A DNA stretch of 64,000 nucleotides from Nitrospirota bacterium. GTDB lineage: Bacteria > Nitrospirota > Nitrospiria > Nitrospirales > Nitrospiraceae. The translations under genes were made by a program, and so were the position numbers. Shown piece after piece: positions 18,471-27,194 of the stretch. Within the stretch, counting starts at the first letter, position 1. Each line of letters starts with the position of its first letter. The notes beneath the pieces are model-generated. The model saw nothing but the letters and a program-made list of their open reading frames with translations. It made no database searches and had not been told where the DNA came from. The stretch is from positions 425 to 64,424 of the forward strand of contig JACQEY010000053.1 in assembly GCA_016200355.1 (NCBI GenBank), given 5' to 3'.

Positions 18471-18862
18471 TGCTTGCGATTGTCTGTGCCGATGCTGCGA
18501 ATATAACCGTTGAGCAGGCGGATGAAAGTAAGCAGTTCGTGTTGAAGCGACTCGACATGCTCTTGGGCAAAGTACTCAAGATCGTGACAGGTAATCAAGT
18601 GGTCGATGAGTTCGTACGCAGATCCTCGGGAGATACGACAGAATTGAATGTTTTCTTTGAAATGGAATCGGCCGTATCCTTCAGCCACGTTTGCAGTGAG
18701 TGAGACAGCAGCGCGTCGAATTTGAGAAGCCAAATTATAGCGTTCTTGCTGCGGAAGCTTGTCGGCTATCTCATAGCAGCGATTTCGAATGGCTCTGCCG
18801 ACTCGCCAGACTTCCAAGTCTTGGAATGTTCGAATCGTTTTCCCGCTAACCTGCTCCACCAT
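18458..18862 (-). CDS. Four-helix-bundle protein (23S rRNA intervening-sequence protein family, TIGR02436-like)
   Basis: LEVWRVGRAIRNRCYEIADKLPQQERYNLASQIRRAAVSLTANVAEGYGRFHFKENIQFCRISRGSAYELIDHL is the family signature. Confidence 0.75.
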   Translation of the reverse strand: MVEQVSGKTIRTFQDLEVWRVGRAIRNRCYEIADKLPQQERYNLASQIRRAAVSLTANVAEGYGRFHFKENIQFCRISRGSAYELIDHLITCHDLEYFAQEHVESLQHELLTFIRLLNGYIRSIGTDNRKQDSQ

Positions 18863-18919
18863 TGACTATTGACCCATGACCGTTGACGTTTATTTACCGT
18901 TGACTGATGACCAATGACC
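18859..18919. repeat. Tandem heptad array NNTTGAC/NNATGAC x7 (T2)
   Basis: cattgac tattgac ccatgac cgttgac gtttatttac cgttgac tgatgac caatgac. It fills the whole spacer between the four-helix-bundle gene ATG and the dapF stop. Confidence 0.85.
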
Positions 18920-18921
18920 TC

Positions 18922-19791
18922 TTAGCGCAACGATCTTACAAACGACGGACTAAGGCTCCCACGGGCCACTTCCGCAACTGGACCCTTCATGGTGAGGCTG
19001 AAATCTGCGGCAACATCGATGCTGAGCTGACCTCCCGGCATCTTTACTGTGACGGGGCTCTTCACCAGCCCAAGCCGGATAGCCGCACTCGCGGCGGCGC
19101 AGGAGGAGGACCCGGAAGCTTGAGTTTCGCCGGCGCCGCGCTCCCAAATCAAGATAAAGAGTTCCTTCGGGCCGGTCGGTACGGCAAGTTGCACGTTCGT
19201 TCGCTTCGGGAATAGAGAATGGTTCTCTAGGGCCGGTCCTAATTTCAGAAGGTCCTCGCGCGACCAGGACTGCCCGGCTGGTTTGAAGACGACACAGTGG
19301 GGATTCCCCACGCTCACGCCGGTGAAAGTGAGCCACTGGCCTGCAGCTTCGATGGGTTGTTCGATCAGTTCGCCAGCCGTGAGGGTACAGGGGAGTGCCG
19401 CCGGCTGGAACGTGGCCCGGCCCATTTCGACGGTAACCAAGCTCGCATCTCCATGTCGATCCACATGCAGATCGATTGTGACTAGCCCGCCTTTAGTCTC
19501 AACGGTGAAGTGCGTCTTTTTCGTCTTACCAGTCGCGTGAAGATAGCGGGCAAAGATACGCAGGCCGTTGCCGGATTTTTCCGCCTCGCTGCCGTCAGGG
19601 TTGAAGATGCGTAGGCCGAAGTCCGCTTTCTTTGAGGGAGCCAGCGCAAGGACCCCATCGCTGCCCAGGCCCCAATTACGATCACAGATGGCTTTGATCC
19701 TTGACGGGGTCAGCGAGAACGACAGTTCTTTGGGGTCCATTACCACATAGTCATTGCCCAGCCCATGCCCCCGGAAGAATCCATTCTTCAT
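18922..19791 (-). CDS. dapF: Diaminopimelate epimerase homologue with Ser at both catalytic Cys positions
   Basis: GHGLGNDYVV, FNPDGSEAEKSGNGLRIF, VGNPHCVVF, ERGAGETQASGSSSCAA align with E. coli DapF (QCGNGARCF, ETQACGSGACAA). ATG at 19791 has GGAGG 8 nt upstream. Confidence 0.75.
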   Translation of the reverse strand: MKNGFFRGHGLGNDYVVMDPKELSFSLTPSRIKAICDRNWGLGSDGVLALAPSKKADFGLRIFNPDGSEAEKSGNGLRIFARYLHATGKTKKTHFTVETKGGLVTIDLHVDRHGDASLVTVEMGRATFQPAALPCTLTAGELIEQPIEAAGQWLTFTGVSVGNPHCVVFKPAGQSWSREDLLKLGPALENHSLFPKRTNVQLAVPTGPKELFILIWERGAGETQASGSSSCAAASAAIRLGLVKSPVTVKMPGGQLSIDVAADFSLTMKGPVAEVARGSLSPSFVRSLR

Positions 19792-19810
19792 CCTTGCAAC
19801 CTCCAAGATT

Positions 19811-19937
19811 TGCCAATTGTCATTGGTCAATGGTCAGTAGTCAATAGTCGTTCGCGCGGCCAAGATGTCTCGACAGCTATCCTGCCAATGACTGTTGACC
19901 TTTGACTATTGACCTTGTGTTTGACCGTTGACTTTAC
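19811..19937. repeat. TGAC/GTCA heptad element (copy T3) plus extended NNTTGAC array
   Basis: tgccaattgtcattggtcaatggtcagtagtcaatagtcgttcgcg...gccaatgactgttgacctttgactattgaccttgtgtttgaccgttgac. Confidence 0.8.
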
Positions 19938-20336
19938 CTAGACGATCTTCACATTGGGCGGGCGTTCGATGAGTTCGATTTCGTACCCGTCCGGGGCATC
20001 GATGAAAATGAAGCGGCTGCCGGAGGAGGATTGTGTGGGTCCGTCTGTGATCTTGACTCCCTGCGCGTTGAGTGAGGTGATAGTGTCGTCGAGGTTCTCT
20101 ACCTGAAAGGCGAGATGGACAAGGTCTTCTTGCACTGTCACTGGCCCGCTAGGCGGGAAACTGGTCAATTCAATCAACTCCTCGCTGTTGGGCACTTTGA
20201 GGAAAGCCAGATAGGAGCCACGCGGCGAAACCTTCCGTTCCAAAACCTCCAGGCCAAGGATATTGGTATAGAAGTTGATCGTCTGCTCCATGTCACTGAC
20301 CCTCATGCGGGTGTGGAGGAGCTTCTTAACTCGCAT
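19938..20336 (-). CDS. VOC/glyoxalase-family protein (lactoylglutathione lyase or methylmalonyl-CoA epimerase-like)
   Basis: 132 aa with LLHTRMRVSDMEQTINFYTNILGL, HLAFQVENLD, APDGYEIELIE. Confidence 0.65.
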   Translation of the reverse strand: MRVKKLLHTRMRVSDMEQTINFYTNILGLEVLERKVSPRGSYLAFLKVPNSEELIELTSFPPSGPVTVQEDLVHLAFQVENLDDTITSLNAQGVKITDGPTQSSSGSRFIFIDAPDGYEIELIERPPNVKIV

Positions 20337-20820
20337 CGGCTCCTACTTTCGTATCTCTCGCCGGTCCGCTGGTCTTGCGCAGCAGAATTTCGGCACTGCC
20401 TGGAATCAGGAAATTCGGCATGGGGCCGATCTCCTGATAGCCATGCTTCTTGTAAAAGTACCGGGCTTGGTCGTTGAAATCCGATACGCAGGCGAACAGG
20501 TTTTTCTCCCTCGCAAAGACCGCCGATTCAACGCGGGCGAGCAACCGTCCCCCTAGCCCCTTTCCTCTCGTCCAGTCTGCCACTCCAAGCAGTTCTAGAT
20601 AGTCGCCGAGCAGGAATTTTTGACGAACAACCGCAATGCCGGCGACTCTGCCGTTCTGATCCACAACGTAGCAGTCACGTCCCGGTGGGAGCGGTGTGAA
20701 ATAACCGTCCCAGTCGCTGGCTTGGTAGCCTAGCCGTTTCCACGGGTCGGAATCGGCGAGCAATGCAATGACGGCCGCCCGATCATCCGGCATCATGTGT
20801 CGCACTATTGGATCGGTCAT
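20326..20820 (-). CDS. GNAT-family N-acetyltransferase
   Basis: 164 aa. Acetyl-CoA motif LELLGVADWTRGKGLGGRLL...FYKKHGY. Confidence 0.75.
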   Translation of the reverse strand: MTDPIVRHMMPDDRAAVIALLADSDPWKRLGYQASDWDGYFTPLPPGRDCYVVDQNGRVAGIAVVRQKFLLGDYLELLGVADWTRGKGLGGRLLARVESAVFAREKNLFACVSDFNDQARYFYKKHGYQEIGPMPNFLIPGSAEILLRKTSGPARDTKVGADAS

Positions 20821-21527
20821 GGAGCTGCCTGGCTACAGTTTAAGAGATCGCTCACGGTCATGGGGATGAGGTGGCGCTCTGGCAAGAGATGTTGATGGAG
20901 ATCTTGCACCACCTCGTGAGTATGTTGCCCCTTCCCGTTGGCATGCATCACGATGACGCTTCCCTTTCGGACAAACCGCTTCAGCCGGCCCTCGATTTGA
21001 ATCGCCGTGAGCGTTGGGTCGGGATCGCCGGACACGACATTCCAAAGAATAAACTGGAGCCCAAGGGCGCGGGTCACGTTGACGGTGTCATCATTGAACT
21101 CCCCATAGGGAGGACGAAACAGCGTCGCGTCATGATGGTACTTGGTTTTGAGCAGACGAACCGGTCCAAGAATCTCTTGCTCCTGCTCCCCCGCCGATTG
21201 GAACGGCATATGGGCATGGACTTCCCCGTGGGTGCCGACTTCAAAGAATGGAACCTGAAGGAGGGCCTTCACTTGCCGATCGTGTTTCGTGATCCATTTC
21301 CCTGACATGAAGAAGGTGGCGGGAATCTTCTGTGCAATCAAATAGTCGATGAGCTCCTGATCGTAGCCCCCTCCGTTACGCACCGGGCAGAGGTCAAACG
21401 TCAACGCGACTCCGGGACAAGAGGGAGGGCCAGACTTGACCACCTGGGCCTGCGTAAAGACAGGCGCCGCTGGGACAAGCAGCACTGCGAGGATAAGGCA
21501 CAGCATGTGTGGGAAGTAACGCGGCAT
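20817..21527 (-). CDS. Secreted polysaccharide deacetylase (NodB-homology) family protein
   Basis: Start moved to ATG 21527 (MPRYFPHMLCLILAVLLVPAAPVFTQAQ signal peptide). The longer ORF reads through repeat M2. LTFDLCP and VGTHGEVHAH motifs. Confidence 0.6.
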   Translation of the reverse strand: MPRYFPHMLCLILAVLLVPAAPVFTQAQVVKSGPPSCPGVALTFDLCPVRNGGGYDQELIDYLIAQKIPATFFMSGKWITKHDRQVKALLQVPFFEVGTHGEVHAHMPFQSAGEQEQEILGPVRLLKTKYHHDATLFRPPYGEFNDDTVNVTRALGLQFILWNVVSGDPDPTLTAIQIEGRLKRFVRKGSVIVMHANGKGQHTHEVVQDLHQHLLPERHLIPMTVSDLLNCSQAAP

Positions 21528-21550
21528 GGTGGCCAGTATACCTGATCCCG

Positions 21551-21674
21551 CAGGCTGCTCAAAATGGCCGTCCAGCAAGGCCGCAGCGAGTGAAGACCGG
21601 AGGCGGACCCTCAGGGGTACGTTGAGGATCTGAACGATGCGAGAACGATGCTGGCGGACTTTTTCAGCAGCCTG
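21551..21674. mobile_element. MITE-like palindromic element, internally deleted copy (M2)
   Basis: Ends caggctgctcaaaatggcc ... ggactttttcagcagcctg. Core gtgaagaccggaggcggaccctcaggggtacgttgaggatctgaacgatgcgagaac is shared with M5. It occupies 124 of the 186 nt between divergent genes. Confidence 0.7.
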
Positions 21675-21713
21675 CCGTTGACGCTCCAATTCCCGCACTG
21701 TTACGGTGATCGC

Positions 21714-22865
21714 ATGGCTTTGCCTAATTGGAGAATCGGCCGGGCGCTGGGCATCCCGATTCACGTGCATGCCTCCTGGTTTGCAGTGTTCTTCTTTGTG
21801 ACCTGGTCATTAGCAACGGGCTATTTGCCCGATACGTTGCCTGGTCTGTCGGCTCCACGCTATTGGGGGATGGGTGGCATTGCCGCCCTCTTGTTATTCC
21901 TCTCCGTCCTTCTGCATGAGCTGGGACATTCCTATGTGGCGCTGCGCTACCAGATCCCTATCAAGCAGATTACCTTGTTCATTTTTGGGGGAATGGCGCA
22001 CATGGGAAAGGAGCCACCCAGTCCGCGGGCCGAGTTCTTAATCGCAATGGCAGGACCGCTTGTGAGCTTGATCCTGGGGGCCAGTTGTCTCGGCGGAACC
22101 ATGGCTGTGGAATCATTGTTCGGGCAATCAGGGGTTCACGGACTCATCGTCCTTGGGAGCTTGCTCGGCATGGTGAACGTGCAGCTCGGACTCTTTAACC
22201 TGATCCCAGGATTCCCGTTAGACGGAGGACGCGTCTTACGGGCTGGACTATGGGCCCGGAACAAGGATTTCAATCGAGCAACTATTCAGGCTGCACTCGC
22301 GGGAATAGGATTCGGTGTCGCGCTTGGGTTGATCGGCGCGATCTTGATGGCGGGAGCCTGGTCCGGCATTCTGGGACAGTCCATCGCCTCGAACGGGGTC
22401 TGGCTCCTTTTTATCGGCGCATTCCTCTTTTCAGCGGCATTGGCAAGCAAACGGCAAGCAGCCCCGCGGATGTTGCTGACCTCAGTGACTGTTCGTCAGG
22501 TTATGGTCCAACGCGTCGTGACCCTACTGCCGGACATGACAGTGCAGGACGCAGTCGATCAATACTTCATTGCGCAGGGATGTGGTGAATTTCCTGTGTG
22601 CGAGGCGAGGCAGCTTCTCGGTATGGTGACAGTGCGAGACGTGCACGCCCTTCCCACAGCACTCTGGCCATGGCGCCGCGTTCGCGAGATTATGCGTCCG
22701 ACATCGACAGCCTTCTGCATTCCTCCAGATTGGTCCATCATGCAGGCAATGGACCGCATGGCCCAAGGTGGGTGGGATTGTCTTGTAGTGATGGAGAACG
22801 GAGAGATTGTGGGACTCGTTACCCAATCGGCCATCGCGCATTACATACAGTTGCACAAAGCATGA
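21714..22865 (+). CDS. M50 site-2 protease family zinc metalloprotease with C-terminal CBS pair
   Basis: Start at ATG 21714 (MALPNWRIGRALGIPIHVH). HELGH motif. NLIPGFPLDGGRV. Two CBS-like segments at the C-terminus. Confidence 0.8.
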   Translation: MALPNWRIGRALGIPIHVHASWFAVFFFVTWSLATGYLPDTLPGLSAPRYWGMGGIAALLLFLSVLLHELGHSYVALRYQIPIKQITLFIFGGMAHMGKEPPSPRAEFLIAMAGPLVSLILGASCLGGTMAVESLFGQSGVHGLIVLGSLLGMVNVQLGLFNLIPGFPLDGGRVLRAGLWARNKDFNRATIQAALAGIGFGVALGLIGAILMAGAWSGILGQSIASNGVWLLFIGAFLFSAALASKRQAAPRMLLTSVTVRQVMVQRVVTLLPDMTVQDAVDQYFIAQGCGEFPVCEARQLLGMVTVRDVHALPTALWPWRRVREIMRPTSTAFCIPPDWSIMQAMDRMAQGGWDCLVVMENGEIVGLVTQSAIAHYIQLHKA

Positions 22866-22913
22866 GAGGTACAGCGTCAAGAGATTGAGCTGTGCCCTTT
22901 TACCCGCTTACGC

Positions 22914-24281
22914 TCAGTTGTCGGCGCGGGCGATGGAAATGTTCTGCGCGATGGAAATACGCACGAGGTGAACGACCAGCAGGAATCCATACACAACGCA
23001 AAAGAACTTGAAGGTGGCGCGGTAAAAGTCTGTCAAGAGAATGGGAAGACAGAGCGCGAAGAGCAGACTTGCGATCAGCGTCACGAAGGTCAACCGCTTG
23101 CAGAATTCATGGGAGGCTTCCCGTCCGATCTGTTTCAGTGCGCGGGCGTAGCGATCGGCTCGTTGAAGTTTGGCTGCCTGCAAGGCGGCCTCGCCTGTGC
23201 CCCAGTAGCGCAAGTAAAAATAGCCGCCCAGAATTAGCAGCCAAGGCAATCCCCACAAAGGCCAGTAGGTTGCGCCGCCGTAGGTTTCACTATTGAGCAA
23301 GGCGGCAAAGGAGGGGGCGTAGAGCAACCCCATCACCAACGGTAGGACGCGCTCATCATTCGGGCGCTCGCCCTCCGGTCCGCCATGAATCAACTCCCGT
23401 TCAAAGAGGGGATAGCCGTACTTGAGGACCACGAGCGCGATCGCCGCGCTCATGGTTTTGTCCGGAATATAGCGGATCCAGTTCTGGAACCAATTCACGA
23501 TCCACCAACTCAAGCTGTCCCCCCAAGTAATTCCGAGTAAGGATTCGAGGTAGAGATGCGCCATCTGCTCCCATTTGAGTACCCGCTGGCTCACCGACTC
23601 GGCGACATCGGGATTCAAGGCAAAGATCGTTTGCTCATGCAATGCCGCTTGCACAAAAGTCCCCGGCAGGCTCATGACGATCGCGCCGCCGAACCCAAAG
23701 ATATAGAGAAACCAGGCATGGGATAGGGCGGAATTGCGTCCTGTTCGGAGATATTTTTGAAAGCCTATTTGCCTGGCCATCCAACCCCAATAAAACGCAC
23801 CGGCGATGTTCACCAGCGACCAGGGGAAAATCACCACATCCGCCCCGGTTTCCGGATACAACAGCCAGTTGACGACGGAATTCGAGAGAAGGGCCACGAT
23901 GGCTCCCCACCAGGGGCCCAAGAGAAACGCAACCAGCGCCGTTCCCGTCATGTCGAGAAACAGAATGCTCTCCAGATGGCGGCTCAACGTGAGCCCAATG
24001 TAGTTGAGTAGCAGGCCCGCTGCGACGATGACGCCGGTTTCGTACAAGAAGAGATAGGAGACCCCGCGGAGGGGCTTCGACGAGAACAGACTGAACGTGG
24101 AAGGCGAGTCAGAGACCGGGCGCTCGGGTGGAGCCGGCGACTTTCGTTCCTTTTTCGATGTCAGCGAGGTCAGCCGGTTCTTAACATCCAGCAGCTTCTC
24201 CAAGAGAGTCAACAGCGCCGCGATGAAGCCAATCACGGTGCCGCCGAGCATAAGCATGTCTTTGCCGAAATCTTCAGGCAT
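22914..24281 (-). CDS. Hypothetical polytopic membrane protein
   Basis: 455-aa ORF with many hydrophobic segments. No family recognised. Confidence 0.5.
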   Translation of the reverse strand: MPEDFGKDMLMLGGTVIGFIAALLTLLEKLLDVKNRLTSLTSKKERKSPAPPERPVSDSPSTFSLFSSKPLRGVSYLFLYETGVIVAAGLLLNYIGLTLSRHLESILFLDMTGTALVAFLLGPWWGAIVALLSNSVVNWLLYPETGADVVIFPWSLVNIAGAFYWGWMARQIGFQKYLRTGRNSALSHAWFLYIFGFGGAIVMSLPGTFVQAALHEQTIFALNPDVAESVSQRVLKWEQMAHLYLESLLGITWGDSLSWWIVNWFQNWIRYIPDKTMSAAIALVVLKYGYPLFERELIHGGPEGERPNDERVLPLVMGLLYAPSFAALLNSETYGGATYWPLWGLPWLLILGGYFYLRYWGTGEAALQAAKLQRADRYARALKQIGREASHEFCKRLTFVTLIASLLFALCLPILLTDFYRATFKFFCVVYGFLLVVHLVRISIAQNISIARADN

Positions 24282-24363
24282 GAGGCGGTTCCCTTATAGA
24301 TAGCGCAGTAGCCATTCTATCCACGAAGGGATGTCCCCGCCAGCAAAAGTCCAGAAGCCGACA

Positions 24364-24450
24364 GGCTAATTTGGTTCATTTGGTTGATCTGGTTTATTTG
24401 GTTAGCCTGGTTCAACCAAATAGACGAGACAGACCAGATCAACCAGCCCA
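24364..24450. repeat. Nonamer-periodic GGTT/AACC hairpin (copy G2)
   Basis: atttggttc atttggttg atctggttt atttggtta gcctggttc | aaccaaata gacgagaca gaccagatc aaccagccc. Confidence 0.85.
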
Positions 24451-24540
24451 TCCTCCCAGTTTGGCGGGATGCGAGAAAACTATTTTTGTACGCCAAACCT
24501 TCATTAGGCCGCGCGTCTTGGGCAACAGGAGTACACCTTG

Positions 24541-24711
24541 CAGGATGCTCAAAAAGGCCGTCCAGCAAGGCCGCAGCCGATGAAAGCACCGGAGGCGTAG
24601 CCTCCGGGCTACGTTGAGGATGCTTTCGAGGTGAGGACGCCGCATGGGAAAATGCGCGTCTCGGCGCGCCGGGGTCGGGCGGGTGAGAAAAGCGACTTTT
24701 TCAGCATCCTG
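24541..24711. mobile_element. MITE-like palindromic element (M3)
   Basis: Terminal inverted repeats caggatgctcaaaaagg / ctttttcagcatcctg. Internal modules are shared with M2 and M5. Confidence 0.75.
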
Positions 24712-24722
24712 TCACGGTCTTC

Positions 24723-25607
24723 TTATGTTGGCGGATTATTCGGCATAGCCGGGTCTGACTGAGCGACCCTTGTGGCAACGGCTGACTGAACCTGCGCCTG
24801 TTGCTGGAGGCGGTGGGCGACCTCGGCACCGATCAGCAAGAGGGCCGCGGAGTAGTAGAACCATAAGAGCGTCAGAATGACTTCCAAAAGGGATCCATAG
24901 AGGTCGCCATATACGGTTGCGTAGGTGCTATAGATCACGAACAAGAGTTTGGCAGCGACCCAGAGAAGACTAAACGTCAGCGCCCCGATCATCGCCTCAC
25001 GCCACTGCGGCCGCCGCCGTGGGACGAGCCGATATAATCCCGTGACCGTGAAAAAGGCCAGCGAAAAGGGAAGCGTATAGGTGAGAAACAGATCATGGGC
25101 TGCGAGGGCTAGGAGGTCGAGCCCCCAGAGTCTTGGCGCGTATGCCGTTAAGAAATTGACAGCTTGAGTCGCGACGTAGGAGAGAATCAGTACGAGTCCG
25201 GTCACGCCGAGTGAGGCCACTGCGATAGCAGTTGAAATGAGGGGGTGTCGTCGCCAGGTGCTCTCGAACACGACGTTCAGCGCATAGTCGAGTTCGTAGA
25301 ACACCAACGCGCCGAACCAGACGAACGCCAGAAACACGGCCCATCGGACTGTTTCCAATGCGCTCACCCGATGCAATTCCGTTACAACATGTTCTCCCAT
25401 CGATGGGAGGAAGCCCTTGAGAACACTGAGAAGGCCCTGTGCCCCGATCACATCCTGACTCACCACGAAACTCAGTCCGTAGAGCAAGAGAAAGACGAGT
25501 GGGAAGAGGGAGAGCAAAGAGAAAAATGCAAGAGAGGCCGCCAGACTGGCACACCCATGTCGCAGAAACGATTTTGCAAGGTCTAGGAGAAAGCGAATGG
25601 GTTGCAT
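24723..25607 (-). CDS. YihY/BrkB-family inner-membrane protein
   Basis: ASLAFFSLLSLFPLVFLL and a polytopic profile. ATG at 25607 is preferred; GTG at 25664 is possible. Confidence 0.6.
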   Translation of the reverse strand: MQPIRFLLDLAKSFLRHGCASLAASLAFFSLLSLFPLVFLLLYGLSFVVSQDVIGAQGLLSVLKGFLPSMGEHVVTELHRVSALETVRWAVFLAFVWFGALVFYELDYALNVVFESTWRRHPLISTAIAVASLGVTGLVLILSYVATQAVNFLTAYAPRLWGLDLLALAAHDLFLTYTLPFSLAFFTVTGLYRLVPRRRPQWREAMIGALTFSLLWVAAKLLFVIYSTYATVYGDLYGSLLEVILTLLWFYYSAALLLIGAEVAHRLQQQAQVQSAVATRVAQSDPAMPNNPPT

Positions 25608-25706
25608 CTGGGCGATGGGAAATGGACTTACCACCAACGTAGCACGAGTTTCTCTCTCGTGCACCTGTTTGGGATATCGTTTCGGGTGTCGCCCGTCGAG
25701 AAAATA

Positions 25707-27194
25707 TTATTTGAGAGTCAGGACTGATTGGAGCGCGAAGCTGACGAGAGGGTTGGGATAGAGGCCGAACAGAATCACGCCCGCGACAGCACAGGCCAAC
25801 ACGAAGGACAAAGCCGGTGAGGTCACGAGGCGTGGCGGCGCGACGGAAGAAGGGATCGGATCGCGCATATACATCACCATCACCACCCGCATGTAGTAGT
25901 AGGCCGATACGACGGCAAAGAGCAGGGCAATGGCGGCGAGCCAAGCCAACCCTGCTTCGACTGCCGCCATGAACACATAGAATTTACCGATGAAGCCCGC
26001 GGTCGGCGGAATGCCCGCAAGTGAGCCCATGAAGATCAGCATGAGAAAAGCCGCGAGCGGCTGGCGCTTTGCGAGGCCTGTGAAATCCTCGATCTCTTCT
26101 CCCTCGATCCCGCCTTTCCTCAGCATGCCGATGACGGCGAAGGCGCCGAGCGTCATGAACGAATAGAGGATGAGGTAGATCATGATACTCGCGAGGCCTG
26201 GCGTTCCACCGGACGCGCCGACCCCACGACCTGCCGCCACAAAGCCGATCAACGCGTAACCGGCATGCGCGATGCTGGAGTAGGCCAGCATCCGTTTGAT
26301 GTTGGTCTGCACAATGGCGACGACATTGCCCAGCACCAGGGTGACAACGGCGATGAGCAGAAACAGGAACGACCAATCCGCCTTGAGCCCGCCGAGCCCT
26401 TCGACAAAGACGCGCATGAATGCAGCGAAGCTGGCAGCTTTTGCGGCGACCGCCATGAAGGCCGTGACGGAGGTCGGGGCGCCCTGATAGACATCGGGCG
26501 TCCACATATGGAACGGCACCGCGGCAAGCTTAAAGCAGAAGCCGACGGCAATCAGAATCGTGGCGATCAGCACGAGGGGATCGTCCGCTCCGCGAGTCCC
26601 GATGGCGCCCGCGATCGATGCCAGCTTGGTGCTGCCGGCCACACCGTAGAGCAGCGAGATGCCGTACAGCAGAATCCCCGAGGAGAAGGCGCCCAGGACG
26701 AAATATTTGGCTGCAGCCTCCAGCGAACGAGGCTTAGACCGGTTGAGCCCTGCCATGACATAGAGCGAGAGGGACATGAGCTCCGTGCCAAGATAAAGCG
26801 TCAGCAAGTCGGCGCTGGAGACCATGACCATCATGCCGGAGAGGGCGAGGAGGATGAATCCATAATACTCACCGAGCTGTATGCGCTCCGCTTTCAGATA
26901 GGGCATCGACATCAAAATGGTCAGGCCGGCGACGCCATAGAGGAGGATTTTCCAGAATCTCGCATAGGCATCGATCACCACCAGATCGCTAAATGCGGAC
27001 ACCCGGATGTTCAGTGCGTTGATCTGCCAGCCGGTAAGCCCAAGACAGAGGGCGAGGGCGCCCACGCTCAGCCAAGCCAGGAGGTCTTGTCGTGAAGCAG
27101 GGGTGATGGGGTCTAATGAGATGACGAGACAGGCAGCGACCACGACAATAAGTTCGGGAAGCAGGGCTAAGAGGTCAGCGCCGTACAGACTCAT
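25707..27194 (-). CDS. nuoN: NADH-quinone oxidoreductase subunit N
   Basis: 495 aa, antiporter-like subunit, last gene of the operon, 4-nt overlap with nuoM. Confidence 0.9.
   Translation of the reverse strand: MSLYGADLLALLPELIVVVAACLVISLDPITPASRQDLLAWLSVGALALCLGLTGWQINALNIRVSAFSDLVVIDAYARFWKILLYGVAGLTILMSMPYLKAERIQLGEYYGFILLALSGMMVMVSSADLLTLYLGTELMSLSLYVMAGLNRSKPRSLEAAAKYFVLGAFSSGILLYGISLLYGVAGSTKLASIAGAIGTRGADDPLVLIATILIAVGFCFKLAAVPFHMWTPDVYQGAPTSVTAFMAVAAKAASFAAFMRVFVEGLGGLKADWSFLFLLIAVVTLVLGNVVAIVQTNIKRMLAYSSIAHAGYALIGFVAAGRGVGASGGTPGLASIMIYLILYSFMTLGAFAVIGMLRKGGIEGEEIEDFTGLAKRQPLAAFLMLIFMGSLAGIPPTAGFIGKFYVFMAAVEAGLAWLAAIALLFAVVSAYYYMRVVMVMYMRDPIPSSVAPPRLVTSPALSFVLACAVAGVILFGLYPNPLVSFALQSVLTLK

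Noticed and set aside
18458-18862. Possibility that the four-helix-bundle (IVS-protein) gene marks a nearby 23S rRNA gene
   Set aside because: No rRNA-like sequence flanks it. Both neighbours are protein-coding genes (uvrC, dapF).
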